DNA from: Octopus sinensis
Lineage: Eukaryota
Direction: 5' to 3'
Length of the DNA stretch: 64,000 bases
NCBI RefSeq assembly: GCF_006345805.1
Contig: NC_043012.1
Span: 23,560,001-23,624,000, forward strand
The position numbers were made by a program, and so were the translations under genes. The notes below the pieces were generated by a model, which was not told the DNA's origin, ran no database searches, and worked only from the letters and a program-made list of their open reading frames with translations. Positions 49,543 through 62,045 of this stretch are shown here, piece by piece. Within the stretch, counting starts at the first letter, position 1. Each line of letters opens with the position of its first letter.

Positions 49543-51614
49543 CATACATATATACACATACATATATATACACACATATATATATATACACACATACATA
49601 TATATATACAGTGGTGGGAAATAGGTATTCGTACATGTCAAAATTCTTCATTTATGTAATTTCTAATGAACATAAATGGGATATACCAATACTATATTTG
49701 CATACACATGCATAAACTAACAAACAGATGTTGTTGTATTTAGGAGTGGTCATGTTGCCAGTTTAGCCAATAAAAACACCCGCACTTAATATATTTGGTG
49801 TTAATTTGCTTCAGCTTTATTTATTTATTCTTTTTTACATTAATCTTAATCTTATTTTGGCCAGTCACACTTCTGTGACCTCATCAGTGGTCCTTTGCTT
49901 TCTTCTTTATTATTTGTGTGCTACATAAATGTAACACATAAATGTAACACCACCAACACTATCATAGCACTGACCAGTCATGGGACTTTTTGAAACAACT
50001 AATGAAAAATAATCTTGAAACATTTTTTAGTAGTGTAGGTCACCTGATGATGAGTCATGTCTTATGTTTCTTGTAAAAGATTACTCAAGCCTAGCATAGA
50101 CTATAAAAGAAATCTTTTGTCTAAATACTAATCTTGCAAAAAACATCAAACAAAAATCCCGTTAATCAGGCAAGTTAATTAATGAGATGAAAGTTAGTCA
50201 ATGTAGTTCTAAAAATGAAAGGGTCTTTCACCAAAGATCTACTTTCAGGGATCACATGAAACCCACCTCCCACCAAAAATGGCTTGTGTTCAAAAACCCA
50301 TGGTTAAATAAAATTCATTATTATTGTTACTGCAATGGAATAAATGAGGTTTATTCTTCTTTGACTTATTACTGGTGCTTACCTGAATCTTCACTACTTC
50401 AGCAACAGTTTATATTTTTCCCTGGGGTAGACATGAAAGCAATTCACTATATTTCCATAATTTATTTTTTTAATTCTATTTTCATTGTTTTATTATTTAT
50501 TTATTTATTGCTATATTTTGAAAATGAAAATAAGGAAAGAATTACTTCCCCTGAGGTACAAGGCATAATGCCCCACTCTGTTAATGAATTAGGTGATAAG
50601 TTGGAATTTATGGTGGTAATGTTACATGCACGAAAGGAAAAAAAAAAAGAAGCAGATTGTGTTTATATAAATATACACATACATACACTGTTAGTAGACA
50701 ATATTGTACGCAGACAGCTGTGCAGTAATAAATATTTCAAGACAAGTTGCATCAAAACTAATATATTCCTACAAAACTGTTCAACAATTGCTATCGTTCC
50801 GACCAAATATTTCACCAATAACATCTCACATGGAAGCCATCAGAAAGATATTATACGTTTAGATTGGAATCGGTTGCAGAGAGAAAAATGAGACGAGTTC
50901 ATTAGCAATTTCAGTAGAATCAGTAAAGGAAAAAGAAAAACACAGCAACAACAAAAGAGAGAAAAAAAAAAAATTTTAAGTATTTGGTCATCTGCCTATG
51001 GTGGATGGAAGAAAGCTAATGAGGTCATATGGTTAAGCAAAAGCTTGTGTTTCAAGAATATAACAGACAGCTTCCCTTTTATGAGTTCCATTCTATATAT
51101 AGGCGGCATGCTACACTGAAAGACTCAATGCAAATCTATTCAAATTTCCTGCTGTGATGTATGTACACTTCATATTTATACCTTCTCCAAATACCAATAA
51201 TCCAAAGAATCATCAATTATACCATTCCCGCTCAAAGGAATTGTAGTGTCCATTCTTAAAGCAAGGATTTATTCAATTCTGTTTCAGGATTATGTAAACA
51301 GAGGTGGCAGTTGCAAGAGAAGCAAATATCATTATGGATTCTGAATGAAGTCCAAACAGTACGAGTCTAGTATTTTGACTAACTAATATAGACGAAATTG
51401 CTTGCATTCTCAACTATTCAAACATTCACACCCATACAAACAACTGCACACAGTTTAATGTGTACATACACACACACATTTATATGCATGTATAAATATA
51501 TATACACAACCATATGGATGCATATACATATATATATACACACATACACATATGTATGCATATAAATGTATATATATATATATATATATATGCATATATA
51601 AATACATGTATATA

Positions 51615-51653
<39 letters not shown>

Positions 51654-52299
51654 CACACACACACATACATATAGGCACACATGTATATACACATATGCAG
51701 GAGTGCATGTCTGTGTGTCTGTTACATTTGAATATGTAAGCACTGACTAATAATGTTAGAAAGTTTCTAACACACAGACACACACACCATATTTACCATC
51801 GTTATTATAATTTCATGTCTACTTTTTCTCCCATGTTGGCATGGGTTGAAGGAGTCTTTATGTACACACAACAGAAAAAAAAAAAACACAGCAACCTTCT
51901 GTATTGTTTATGATTTACAGTGTTGACTGGATGGATATTATCATAGCACTAGAGCGGTTATCTTGTATGAGGTGAGCTCAAAGGGTCTCTTTCTTGGAGT
52001 CACTATCCTCTTAGACAGGTAACCTACAAAATGGCATGCAGACTTCAAGTCCCACTCATACATTCCATTTTCATATACATTCTATCCTTTCACACGCTTC
52101 CTTTTATCCACTGCATTGCAGAATTGATTGAGTTTGTGTTATCCTGCTATCAACACAAGAAAGAGTCTCATGAGAGTGAAACTAAAACACAACCTCCTTA
52201 CTCTAAAGAGCTACTTGTATTTTTACTCTTTAAGTTTCTGTCTTGGATATGAGTCTAAACTGCAAATGGTCACTGGTTTGCAAGTTCCACAGTTTTGAG

Positions 52300-53270
52300 C
52301 AATGTGGAACCATTACTTAACTACTATTGTTCCTGGGTCTACTCTGACTTGGAATAGATAGGAGCACTAGTCGGTGTCATGGCAGTGGATTATTCAGCAT
52401 ATTGTGGAATTGTCTCCAGAAGGCCACCGAAAAGCATGCCAGCAGACCCAGGGCAGATGAGGCCTTTAGCTGCTCATCTAAAAGAAGTCAACTCCATACA
52501 AGTCTTGCATCTTGTTACCTCTTGGGCTGAAGGTACTTGCTGCACAAGACCAACACAAGTTTGAGGGACAAGAGAGTGAGAATACTTCTACACGAACCAT
52601 TGTCACATTATTCATTGCATAGGTTGTTCAGCAAACCACGACACCAGTACCAATAACATCATGCATCTTCATGAATCCAAGACTGATACAGAAAGAGGTG
52701 ACTGGGACAGACAGAGGATGCTGCCAAAAATTTTCAACTTTGGCCAAAAGTTGATGGTCACTCTTTTTAGCTGTGTCTTGCTGAGCCTTCATTTGTTAAA
52801 GGGATGAGAATGTCCTCTATTCATATCACTTCTCGGTCAATGTTATAGCACTTTCAGATGCTTATCCTATGATGCAGCATGTAAAATCCACATCTCCCTC
52901 AAGCCATTAATAATCCAGATTATTTATCTGGATTAGCTTTGTCTGCCCTTTTTAATGAAAGTTATATCCGTTTGTTCTTTCCCGAAGACCTAGACCTTTT
53001 CATCATACCACTGCCACTAAAGAGGTTACCTTCAGAAACAGCAAAATACCAAAGTATCCCCTCCACTCAAAACTGTATTTGATCATTTCTTCATTTTGGA
53101 ATGGTTTTCAAAGCTGGATACCATGTCATTGGTAGACAGGGTGGTAGTAGCTTTCCATGTCCTTCATATCTCATGTTTCTTGAAGCATACATAGATGTTG
53201 TTGTAATTGTTCTTGTCACAATATCTGTCTTACGAAAAGCATTATGTCTGCCATCAGGCTCAAAGCAGGC
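52300..53270 (-). pseudogene. Highly decayed RTE-like LINE RT region (domains 0-5)
   Basis: Colinear remnants EPDGRHNAFRK (GPDG), TIPK, WRG.I, KEQ..F..KGR.S, KCYNIDREVI* (KAFDSIDR..LW), IGTGV; many stops and frameshifts; by eye only. Confidence 0.45.
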
Positions 53271-53951
53271 CATTATATACTTGGAAAACACACACACACA
53301 CACAGATGATAGAGAGACTGAGCAAAACCAAGCAAAAGAGTTAACATGTTCTTGTCTTGTGCTCAAGTCAGTGATGTTAAAAGAATAGCATTAAAAAGCT
53401 TAAAAAACATAGAAGAACATAGACTGAAGACTAATAATAATAATAATAATAATAATAATGATGATGATGATGATGATGATGATAACAATGAGAAGAAGAG
53501 ATGGTAATCTTATTGATTCTTATGCTAGCTTTTCACCTCATGTTTTCTAGGAGTGATATATATATATATATGTATACATATATATATCAAATTAGAGAAT
53601 CTTTTTCATGTAAGGATGTAAATGTATTAATATATGTATATCACTTGTTCATGGTATGTAAAATGTGCATATGAAACATAAATGTATGTATATTAATATG
53701 CATATTTTTTCCTCCCACAACTCTCTCGCTCCCTAAACACACACACACACACGATGTGGATGTAGGATGTCCACAGGCAAGAACATGACAATAGTACTTT
53801 ATACAAGAACACACAAACACATGCACACACACATATATATATATATATATATACACTCCCACATAGATACACACATATACATATAAATCTAGTTATATAC
53901 ACACATACACATGTACACCCACACATATATACACATACACCTATATATATG

Positions 53952-53989
<38 letters not shown>

Positions 53990-53998
53990 TATACCTAC

Positions 53999-54031
<33 letters not shown>

Positions 54032-54052
54032 GACACACATATACCTACACAC

Positions 54053-54103
<51 letters not shown>

Positions 54104-55200
54104 CACACATATACATTCCTACAAGTAAACATAGATACTGACACTGCAATTCAAGCTGAATGTATACATACATTTTTTTTTTCTTTCCAAGTACAAATTT
54201 ACACACACACACAGCTATATTAGGTACCCCACCACCATCACCACCACCACCACCACCAACATCACCCAGCTAAATTCTATGTGGCTGCATTTTGCAGGCT
54301 CAAATATCATGACAGCTGACAACAGATTTTGGAGATCATGTTCTCAGCACTAAGATCCAGTACAGCTTGATCTTGTATTATGCAGAGCGGCTTCAACTTG
54401 TCACCAACACAGAAGACAGGCTATATATGACACACATATATATATATCTATAACACCAGCAACACTTCCTCACCACACACATCTTCCTCTCTCTCTCTCA
54501 TTCTCTGTTTCTATCTCCTGCCCATCTCTATCCTTAACACACGCACACACACATGTATGTACACATATATAGGGCTATACACAATTTACATACGCGGCTC
54601 TATATATAATGTCATAATGGCAAATATAACAACAGAAGAAATTCTGTAAGCTTTGACACAAAGGTAAGATTCTGATACGTATCAATCTGTTATGGCAGAT
54701 TACAATAGCATTAAGAAACCAGAACATCCGCCACCACCCAACCAAACCTCCCCTGCCCCCACCCCAATCCTGTTATCACTACCACCCTCCCACCCCACCC
54801 CCACAACTCCATCAGCATCACCCCACTGCCAGCCCAACACCACCACCACCATCGCTATCACCACCATCATGTCATCTTACCCCAAACCAACCTACAAGAA
54901 AATAATAAATGAGAAACAACAGCTAATAAAAAGAAAAAAAGGGTCCCTAAAATGTCGAACTCACTTTCTTATTTTTAAATTTTTTTTAAATTTTATTTTA
55001 TATTTATTATTTTGAGGGGGTTTAAAAATTGCAAGAATAATTTTTGTCACTAGGCAGATGCTGGTGGAGATGGAGATGGTGAAAGGTGGTGGTGACAAAT
55101 AGAAGCATTAATGAACTGTGTGTCCTTGCATGCATCACAACTTCAGATATGAGACAGAAACCTTCAAATCAAATATGAATATATGTGTGCGTGTGCATGT

Positions 55201-55490
55201 ATCATCATCATCACTTAACGTCCATTTTCCATGCTAGCATGGGTTGGACAGTTTGACCAGGGTCTGGGAAGCCAGGAGGCTGCACCAGTCTCCAGTCTGA
55301 TCTGGCAGTGTTTCTACAGCCGGATGCCCTTCCTAACGCCAACCACTCCGTGAGTGTAGTGGGTGCTTTTTACATGCCACCGGCACAGGTGCCAAGGGAG
55401 GCTGGCAACGGCCACGATTGGTTGGTGCTATTTATGTGCCACCGGCACAGAAGCCAGTCAGGGCACACTGGCATCAGCCACAACTACAAT
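55201..55490 (-). mobile_element. S3 copy
   Basis: (CAT)n CTTAACGTCCATTTTCCATGCTAGCATGGGTTGG...GATGCCCTTCCTAACGCCAACC. Confidence 0.85.
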
Positions 55491-55861
55491 TTCCATTTTT
55501 GATTTTGATTTAATTGAGATTCTGATTGTGATTTTGATTTTTGATTAAATGAACAAAGAGATGACAACTGGAAAAACGAAATGTTATGTAATGAACTTCA
55601 CTAGCTAACAGCCGTTTCTGCTATAAGAGGAAAGCTGGACTCAACTAAGAGTCCACCACATTTTATAGCAGAAACAGCTGTAAGCTAATAGAGTTCATTA
55701 CGTAACTTAGGTCCCCCCCTGTGTCACCTCTTTGTTCCTATTACCACTCTATAGTCATCTGACATTGTGTTCTGGACCACACATATATTGAATTCTACAC
55801 CCAGCTATAAGCTTCACTATGCACAAGTAAAATATCAAAATACATACATATATATATATAT

Positions 55862-56155
55862 AAATAAATGAAAGAATGGAGTTGAACGACGATTTAACAA
55901 AATTCCTTTATTCTCGACATATGTTTCGAAGGCTTCGAAACATATGTCGAGAATAAAGGAATTTGGTTAAATCGTCGTTCAACTCTATTCTTTCATTTAT
56001 TTGTATTATTAAAAAAACACACAAATTTCCACACGAAAGCATGTGATCTCTGCCCTTGGCATGTAGCTTCAACCGTGTTTTTCTGACGTGAATTTGCTAC
56101 CCAGGTATCGGTTAACCGAATTATCCATACTAAGATAATTCATTCAACTACTTAA
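55862..56155. mobile_element. Fold-back micro-element: 141-bp near-perfect palindrome carrying the 3' half of a hammerhead, plus an extension
   Basis: 55862-55931 vs 55933-56002: 2 mismatches, 1-nt loop; GAAAC ATAT GTC on both strands; (TA)n flanks. Confidence 0.8.
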
Positions 56156-56739
56156 ATATATATATATATATATATATGCATGTTTGCATGGTGGTGGTGA
56201 TAAATTTTCATTGTTCAACAATGCATATTCAGTTGTTCCTGAATTAACATGTAACTGGTTGAGTATTCCACAGACGTTTGTACCCATAACATAATTCTCA
56301 GGTTGAATCAATGTAACACGGTATGTGAGAAGACCAATCCTTTTGGATTCCAATGAGAATCCATCTGATGTGCTTCTTGCTGTGGCATCGACTTGAAACA
56401 TTTTTAATCAAATGAATTAACCCCATTACTTATGTTTTTTTAAAGATTGGTATTAATCTTTTCAGTCTCTTTTGTCGAGTTTTTCACAGATTAAAATAAG
56501 AAATATTCTCCTGTGGTTCTCTGATTTGATTCAATGAAACTAATGTTCGTCACAAATTTTGTTGGGTGAGCAAGGGGCTGGATTAAACACTGCTGCTGCC
56601 CTGATCCAGCACTCAGAACAAATCCAGATCAGATCTAGGCCTCTAATCAACCTATCACTGTCTGAGTTTAGGGGAATACAGAAATACATAGGATTTCTCT
56701 GAACTGACACAGAGTAGCATTATAAATTCAAAAGGAAAA

Positions 56740-57000
56740 AGTGCCCTGGGTGTCTGCTGCACAGGGACTTAAATAGCCAAGTGAGGATTGGTGACTGGAG
56801 GAGCATCCCGATGGTAAAAATCTGCCTAAACAAATTCCATCTGACCTATGTAAGCATGGAAAAGTGGACATTAAAATGGTAATGATGATGATGATGATGG
56901 CATGATACTGATGGTGATGAAGATGACAATGATGATGACGATGATGATGGTGATGATGATGATGACGATGATGATGATGATGAAATGTAGTGTCAAGCAA
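56740..57000 (+). mobile_element. S3-type 3' end with an expanded (GAT)n tail
   Basis: GGAGGAGCATCCCGATGGTAAAAATCTGCC...GCATGGAAAAGTGGACATTAAAATG followed by (GAT)n. Confidence 0.7.
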
Positions 57001-57460
57001 AATATGATTTTGAATCAGAGAAACCAAAGAGTTGGAAATTTTTATAAATGCTAAAGTACACTCTTTATTAGTAATAAATCTATCAAATTCTTGAATTGTG
57101 TGTATGAAAACCCGTACAGAGACTAAATTATTTAAATAGATAGAGATTATATTCCCATATCATTTGGGCAGCTGCTGATCTAGGAAGTACTGCAGACATT
57201 GCTAAGATGTCTATGACTTCACCATTCCAATCTAATAAATGCTAACAGTGGTAACTAAACTAAAGACAATACTGGCTGATAGTAGATATAATTCCCCATT
57301 TCGATTCTGAGGCAGAAGATGTCTTATAATTTAATTTCAAATTAAAATTATTGCTTAATGATGACTAATCTAATTTGCGAAGTTTAAGTTAAAGCTTCCT
57401 TTCAAAACTGAAATCTTTATGAATAAAACTTAAAATTATCCAAACATCGAAGCAGATTAC

Positions 57461-57522
57461 CTCCAGGAGATGTGGTAGACATTGTCTTGAATCAATATCA
57501 GTTGAATTTTAACACAAACTAA
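57461..57522 (-). other. Candidate exon (62 nt), coding status unknown
   Basis: CATCGTATTCAG|TTAG...CCTGGAG|GTAATC; frame 0 is open, or an ATG gives MSTTSPG. Confidence 0.22.
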
Positions 57523-57805
57523 CTGAATACGATGAAGTCAGCATGACACAAACTTTCGAAGATTGCTTTCTACTTGTATTTATTGCCCAACAAAGAATTC
57601 TTTCCTTCAATACCCCTTTCAGATCAACACGAAGACCTCTCATGTTATTACACCTTTTCAAGAAGCAATCAAATCTTTCTCTCTCTCTTTTTCTCTTTTT
57701 TTTCTCACAGTCTTTTTCAACTAAAGACCTACAATCTTATTTCTGTTGATAAGAGAATGAATTTCCATTTTCAAATAAGTCCATAACACAAGACTAGTTA
57801 CTCAC

Positions 57806-57844
57806 TTCCTCATAATCTTTCAAGTAATGTGTGACATCTCGCCT
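57806..57844 (-). other. Candidate exon (39 nt, RRDVTHYLKDYEE; alternative acceptor at 57943 gives a 138-nt non-coding form)
   Basis: TTTGTTTGTGTAG|AGG...GAGGAA|GTGAGT; upstream alternative acceptor TGTCTCTCACAG. Confidence 0.28.
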
Positions 57845-59834
57845 CTACACAAACAAACGTATCCCAGCCTCTACCATTATTTCAGCTAAACGGCAGCAAG
57901 ATTTACATTGAATTCATCTCAGAATAATATTCGCAGTCATTTTCTGTGAGAGACATACAACAGACGTTTTACATTTCGAGTTTTTCGTTTAATGAAGGAA
58001 ATAAATCTGAAAAAGTCTCATTTCTTTTCAAATCCAGGTTAACAACAATATAATTATTTCTCTAACGAATAGTAATTTCAAATTACTTCTTTCTTATCAC
58101 AGAATATAAATTCGGTAGATTAAAATTAGATTTTAAAGAAACTAGCATATTTGTTCTCAACCATGAATCTTAATTTATATAAAAAGAAAAGTTTTGATGT
58201 GCACCAGAGGAAAAAAAAAAAAACTGCTAAAAACTAGGCGCAGAGGGGAAAGGTATAAATGGGAAGATCAGATCAAGTTCGGTGCAATAGAATCAGATCT
58301 TCGAAATAGAAGACTGCTCAGAAGAAAAAGACAAAGGACAGAGTTAGATGGGAGAAAAAGTATTATGTAGGTCTGTCTAGCTTATACAGTTGTATAAAGG
58401 TAGAATGAAATCAATGATGATGATGATAAAAGCAATGATTTCTCTTTATAAACTATATATATTGGTATATATGAATATACAACTAGATAACAATGATTCT
58501 TAGTTTGCTGACAAAATTCTTTTTTTGCTATTTTGATTTGGGTTTTAATTATAGAATACAGACATACTAAAATAGAAGTTTCATATTAAAATAAATTTTA
58601 CACAGTATCTGCAATTATACGAGATCTCATCATACATTTAGCTTCAACTGGAGACATGTGTAACCAGATACCATCATGAAGAAGCTCTAATAAACATCAG
58701 TCGAACATTTTTTTTTTTTTTACATATTTATTCATTCATTTACTACATTTTATTTTATTTATTTTTCTTTTAGTAATTTAAAACTGAAACTTAATCCTAA
58801 AAGAACGTGTACGACATTGGTTTGTTTTTTGGGCAACTTCCATCAGCTCAATTCTTTAAATTTGCTGTAGTTAAAAAGACTGACTATTTGAATTAAATAA
58901 CAGAAACAGCATGAGCATCAGTATTGTTTTAAGATTAGTTCTTAATCTTACAAACTTGGAATTTAAAAGGGAAAAAAAAAAATAATAAAATAAAATAAAA
59001 TAAAATAAAAACAACTGATTCAACAACAAAAAATGTAAAAAACTAGAAAGAACTATATGTGTGTGTGTGTATGTGTGTGTGTATGTGTGTGTGTGTATGT
59101 GTTTTACATCTTTAAATATTCCTCATTTTGTTCTTTTAGTTTGCATAAATTGAAGAATTTGATAAACTATGAATTTTTTTGAAGTAAATTTCAACCTAAA
59201 AATCAATTATTTATATTTCATCTGTATCATATTTTGCTCTGAATTTTTAATATTTTTTTTTTGGTCTTCTTTATTAACAGACAACTGGAAAGAAAATGAG
59301 CCTATAGCAAGGCAATATTTTTAGTTATATAAAGAATATCAAGTCCATGAAGAAGGATAGCGAGAGAGAAACAAATAAAAATGCAGTAAATTTTAGATTC
59401 ATGTGAAAAATATTCTTCTTGTTATAACTATTGGGTTTGATACCAACAAAATTATAGTAGAGCATGTTGGCTTTTTTTTTTTTATATTTTCTTTTTTTTT
59501 TATAAAAATTTCTTTTACAACTGTTTAATATTTATTTACTTGTATGCCAACATGGAAAAGGACTTTTTAAAAATTTATTTCTAATTTACAAAACTGAATA
59601 TTTATGTGAAACAAATAGATTTTTTAAAAGAATTGGATTGCAGTCAAATCACAAAACTAAGCAAATTATAGTTAAAATCAGGCATGTTCTGTTTATCTTC
59701 CAATTACCAACATGGTTTCTGTGCTGAGCTGGTTGACCTAGTGTTTAAAACTTAGAACATGGTGGTTCAACAAACAACACAGATTCACTAGAGAAGAGAT
59801 TTCAATGCTGTATAATTGAAACCATATCTCGCTG

Positions 59835-60236
59835 GTTAGTTAGTTAGTTAATTTGGCTCAAAAGCAAATAGCAAGGCCATGTAGGAGGACATGGAGTTAA
59901 GTACAGGGTGGTGTTCATGTAAAGAGTTCAGGCCACTTGAGGTCCAGGGGGCTTTGAACAAAGCAGTCGTTGGCATCTTCACCATCTCGTGTGGCAGCTT
60001 GTTCCACGGATCCGCAACCCGGACCGAGAAAGCTCCTCTCCTTCGATTGAGATGAAATCGTCACAGGTAGAGCTTTTCGGAATGACCCCGCAGCCGACGC
60101 TCTGGAGCAGGAGTGAAGAACAGCTCTTTCGAGAGGTTACACTTTCTGCTTATGATGTTGTGGGCGAGAATGAGATCACCACGGCGGCGGCGTTTTTCAA
60201 GAGAATAAAGGTCGAGCGTCCTCAGCCTTTCTTCTG
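59835..60236 (-). mobile_element. CR1-clade LINE 3' fragment with (ACTA)n tail
   Basis: EERLRTLDLYSLEKRRRRGDLI...RLRGHSEKL..*RFHLNRRRGAFSVRVADPWNKLP..FKA is the canonical CR1 ORF2 C-terminus; markedly GC-rich. Confidence 0.9.
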
Positions 60237-60559
60237 GTGACTATGACTTGATAGTAAGTACTAATGCTTTTGTTTATTGGTTTTTAGGTACCTATGAAGT
60301 TGAGAGTAGACAACCCAGCCAAACATCAATGATGTTAAATTTGAGAAGAGAGAAGGCTGCCTCAGTAGTCAGCTGGTACTGATGTTCAGCTTCATTGAAT
60401 GAACCAATGTGAAGTGAAGTACTTGGTTCAAAGACACAACCTGCTGCTCTGTGCAGGTATTGAACTGATGCACTTATCCTCCAGAAATTAACACTCTAAC
60501 CACTAGGCCACACACTTCACAGATCATTGTTAGCTTTTATAATTTCCTTGCATTAGTTA

Positions 60560-60910
60560 CTGGGCTGTAGCCATGCTGGAGCACTGCCTTCAAAGATTTT
60601 AGCCAAACAAATTAACCCCAGCACTTATTTTTAAGTCAAGTACTTCTTCTGTTAGTCTCTTTTGCTCAACTGCTAAGTTATGGGAAGATAAACAAACCAA
60701 TGCTAGTTGTTAAGTTGTGGGGCAAACAGACACACACACACATATACACATTTTTATATGATGGGCTTCAACACAGTTTTCATCTACGAAATTCACTCAC
60801 AAATCATGGCTTGGAGTTATAGAAGAAGACACTTACCCAAGGTGCCACATGGTAGGATTGAACCCCAAACCATGTGGTTATGAAATAAATTTCTTGACCA
60901 AATAGCAATG
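60560..60910 (-). mobile_element. S1-type SINE, diverged
   Basis: GTAGCCATGCTGGAGCACTGCC...GACACTTACCCAAGGTGCCAC...GAACCCCAAACCATGTGG. Confidence 0.7.
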
Positions 60911-61732
60911 GGTCAAAATAAATTACATTAAAAAGCCCTTTTTTCTTTAATCTTTTAGTCAGGTAAAAGGGCAGAACCCATGATTATTGTCCAAGGCTTC
61001 CAACACTGTGGGGAAGAGAGAGAAAGATAGCTTCTAACTGGAGACCTGGCTTCAATGCTTCACTAAAGAGGACTCAAAGGATCATTTGGGTCTATGACCA
61101 AAGTTGTTCCAATCATTACTATTCAGGGTTTTTTTTTTTTAATCATTATGATTTGAGGGAGATTTAGGTCCTATTTCAAACAGGTTGAACAGCTACAAAG
61201 GGTCTTATCCCTTGGCTTATTATTATCATAGAAACAGTTGAAACAGGTGAAAATTCCTGGCAGATGTGGCAGACGTCCATCTGGCAGAAGAAGCCTGTCT
61301 GTACTGAATCGATTATGGAACAGACAAGTCATTCATCAGCCATCACAGACAAGTCATTGTCAAAACCAGAAAAGGCAAACTAAGACAACTACGAAAATAG
61401 TGATTTCTCAGCTTGGAACAGGAAGTTTTTTTTTTTTTAAATTGAGTCTGAAGAGATAAAAGTCAACCAGCCCTAAGTGGCTATGAATAAAAACATCATT
61501 TTTATTTGATTTTATTTTTCTTGAGCCCCGGGACTCATAAGCTGGGTACCTGGTTTCATTGCCTGATAAGTGACCAGTACTTTATTGTAATTGATCTTGA
61601 AGATTAGGAGTAACGAGCTGGAAGGGATGCAGGTAAGCAGTTTGTCTGCTGGGTTAATGATTCTGCCAGCTCACAGCTTTGCTCAGACAGGTAAAACTAA
61701 ATACTGTCAAGACTAGAAAAAACACCTGGGGT

Positions 61733-61966
61733 ACTTTACTCTTTTACTCTTTTATTTGTTTCAGCCATTTGACTGAGGCCATGCTGGAGTACCGCCTTTA
61801 GTTGAGCAAATCGACCCGGGACTTATTCTTTGTAAGCCCAGTACTTATTCTATCGGTCTCTTTTGCCAAACCGCTAAGTGACAGGGACGTAAACACATCG
61901 GTTGTCAAGCAATGTTAGGGGGACAAACACAGGCACATAAACACATACACAGACACATAAACACAT

Positions 61967-61980
<14 letters not shown>
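61733..61980 (-). mobile_element. S1 SINE 3' half, ending at its internal microsatellite
   Basis: ACTCTTTTACTCTTTTA...GTTTCAGCCATTTGAC...GGGGGACAAACAC followed by (CA)n(TA)n; no 5' half beyond. Confidence 0.85.

Positions 61981-62045
<65 letters not shown>

Noticed and set aside
49855-49900. Minus-strand CTGATGA-GGTCAC..GTGAC as a hammerhead
   Set aside because: Helix II is plausible but it is followed by TGGCCAAAT rather than GAAAC..GUH; at best a relic.
50187-50891. Longest ORF (234 aa, plus strand)
   Set aside because: No recognisable domain; it runs through T-rich and A-rich low-complexity tracts and has no convincing splice or start context. BLASTP or RNA-seq could overturn this.
53234-53279. 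Minus-strand exon-like segment (CCAAG|...|GTAAGA)
   Set aside because: It falls on the GPDG-like motif of the decayed LINE at 52300-53270.
56144-56401. 85-aa minus-strand ORF, phase-compatible with the 57461 exon candidate
   Set aside because: No good donor, it ends in (TA)n, and the opposite strand shows LINE-RT-like remnants (IILRL..FGF..IDLK); too ambiguous to call.
59835-59850. GTTAGTTAG as a telomeric repeat
   Set aside because: It is the (ACTA)n tail of the CR1 fragment, not TTAGGG.
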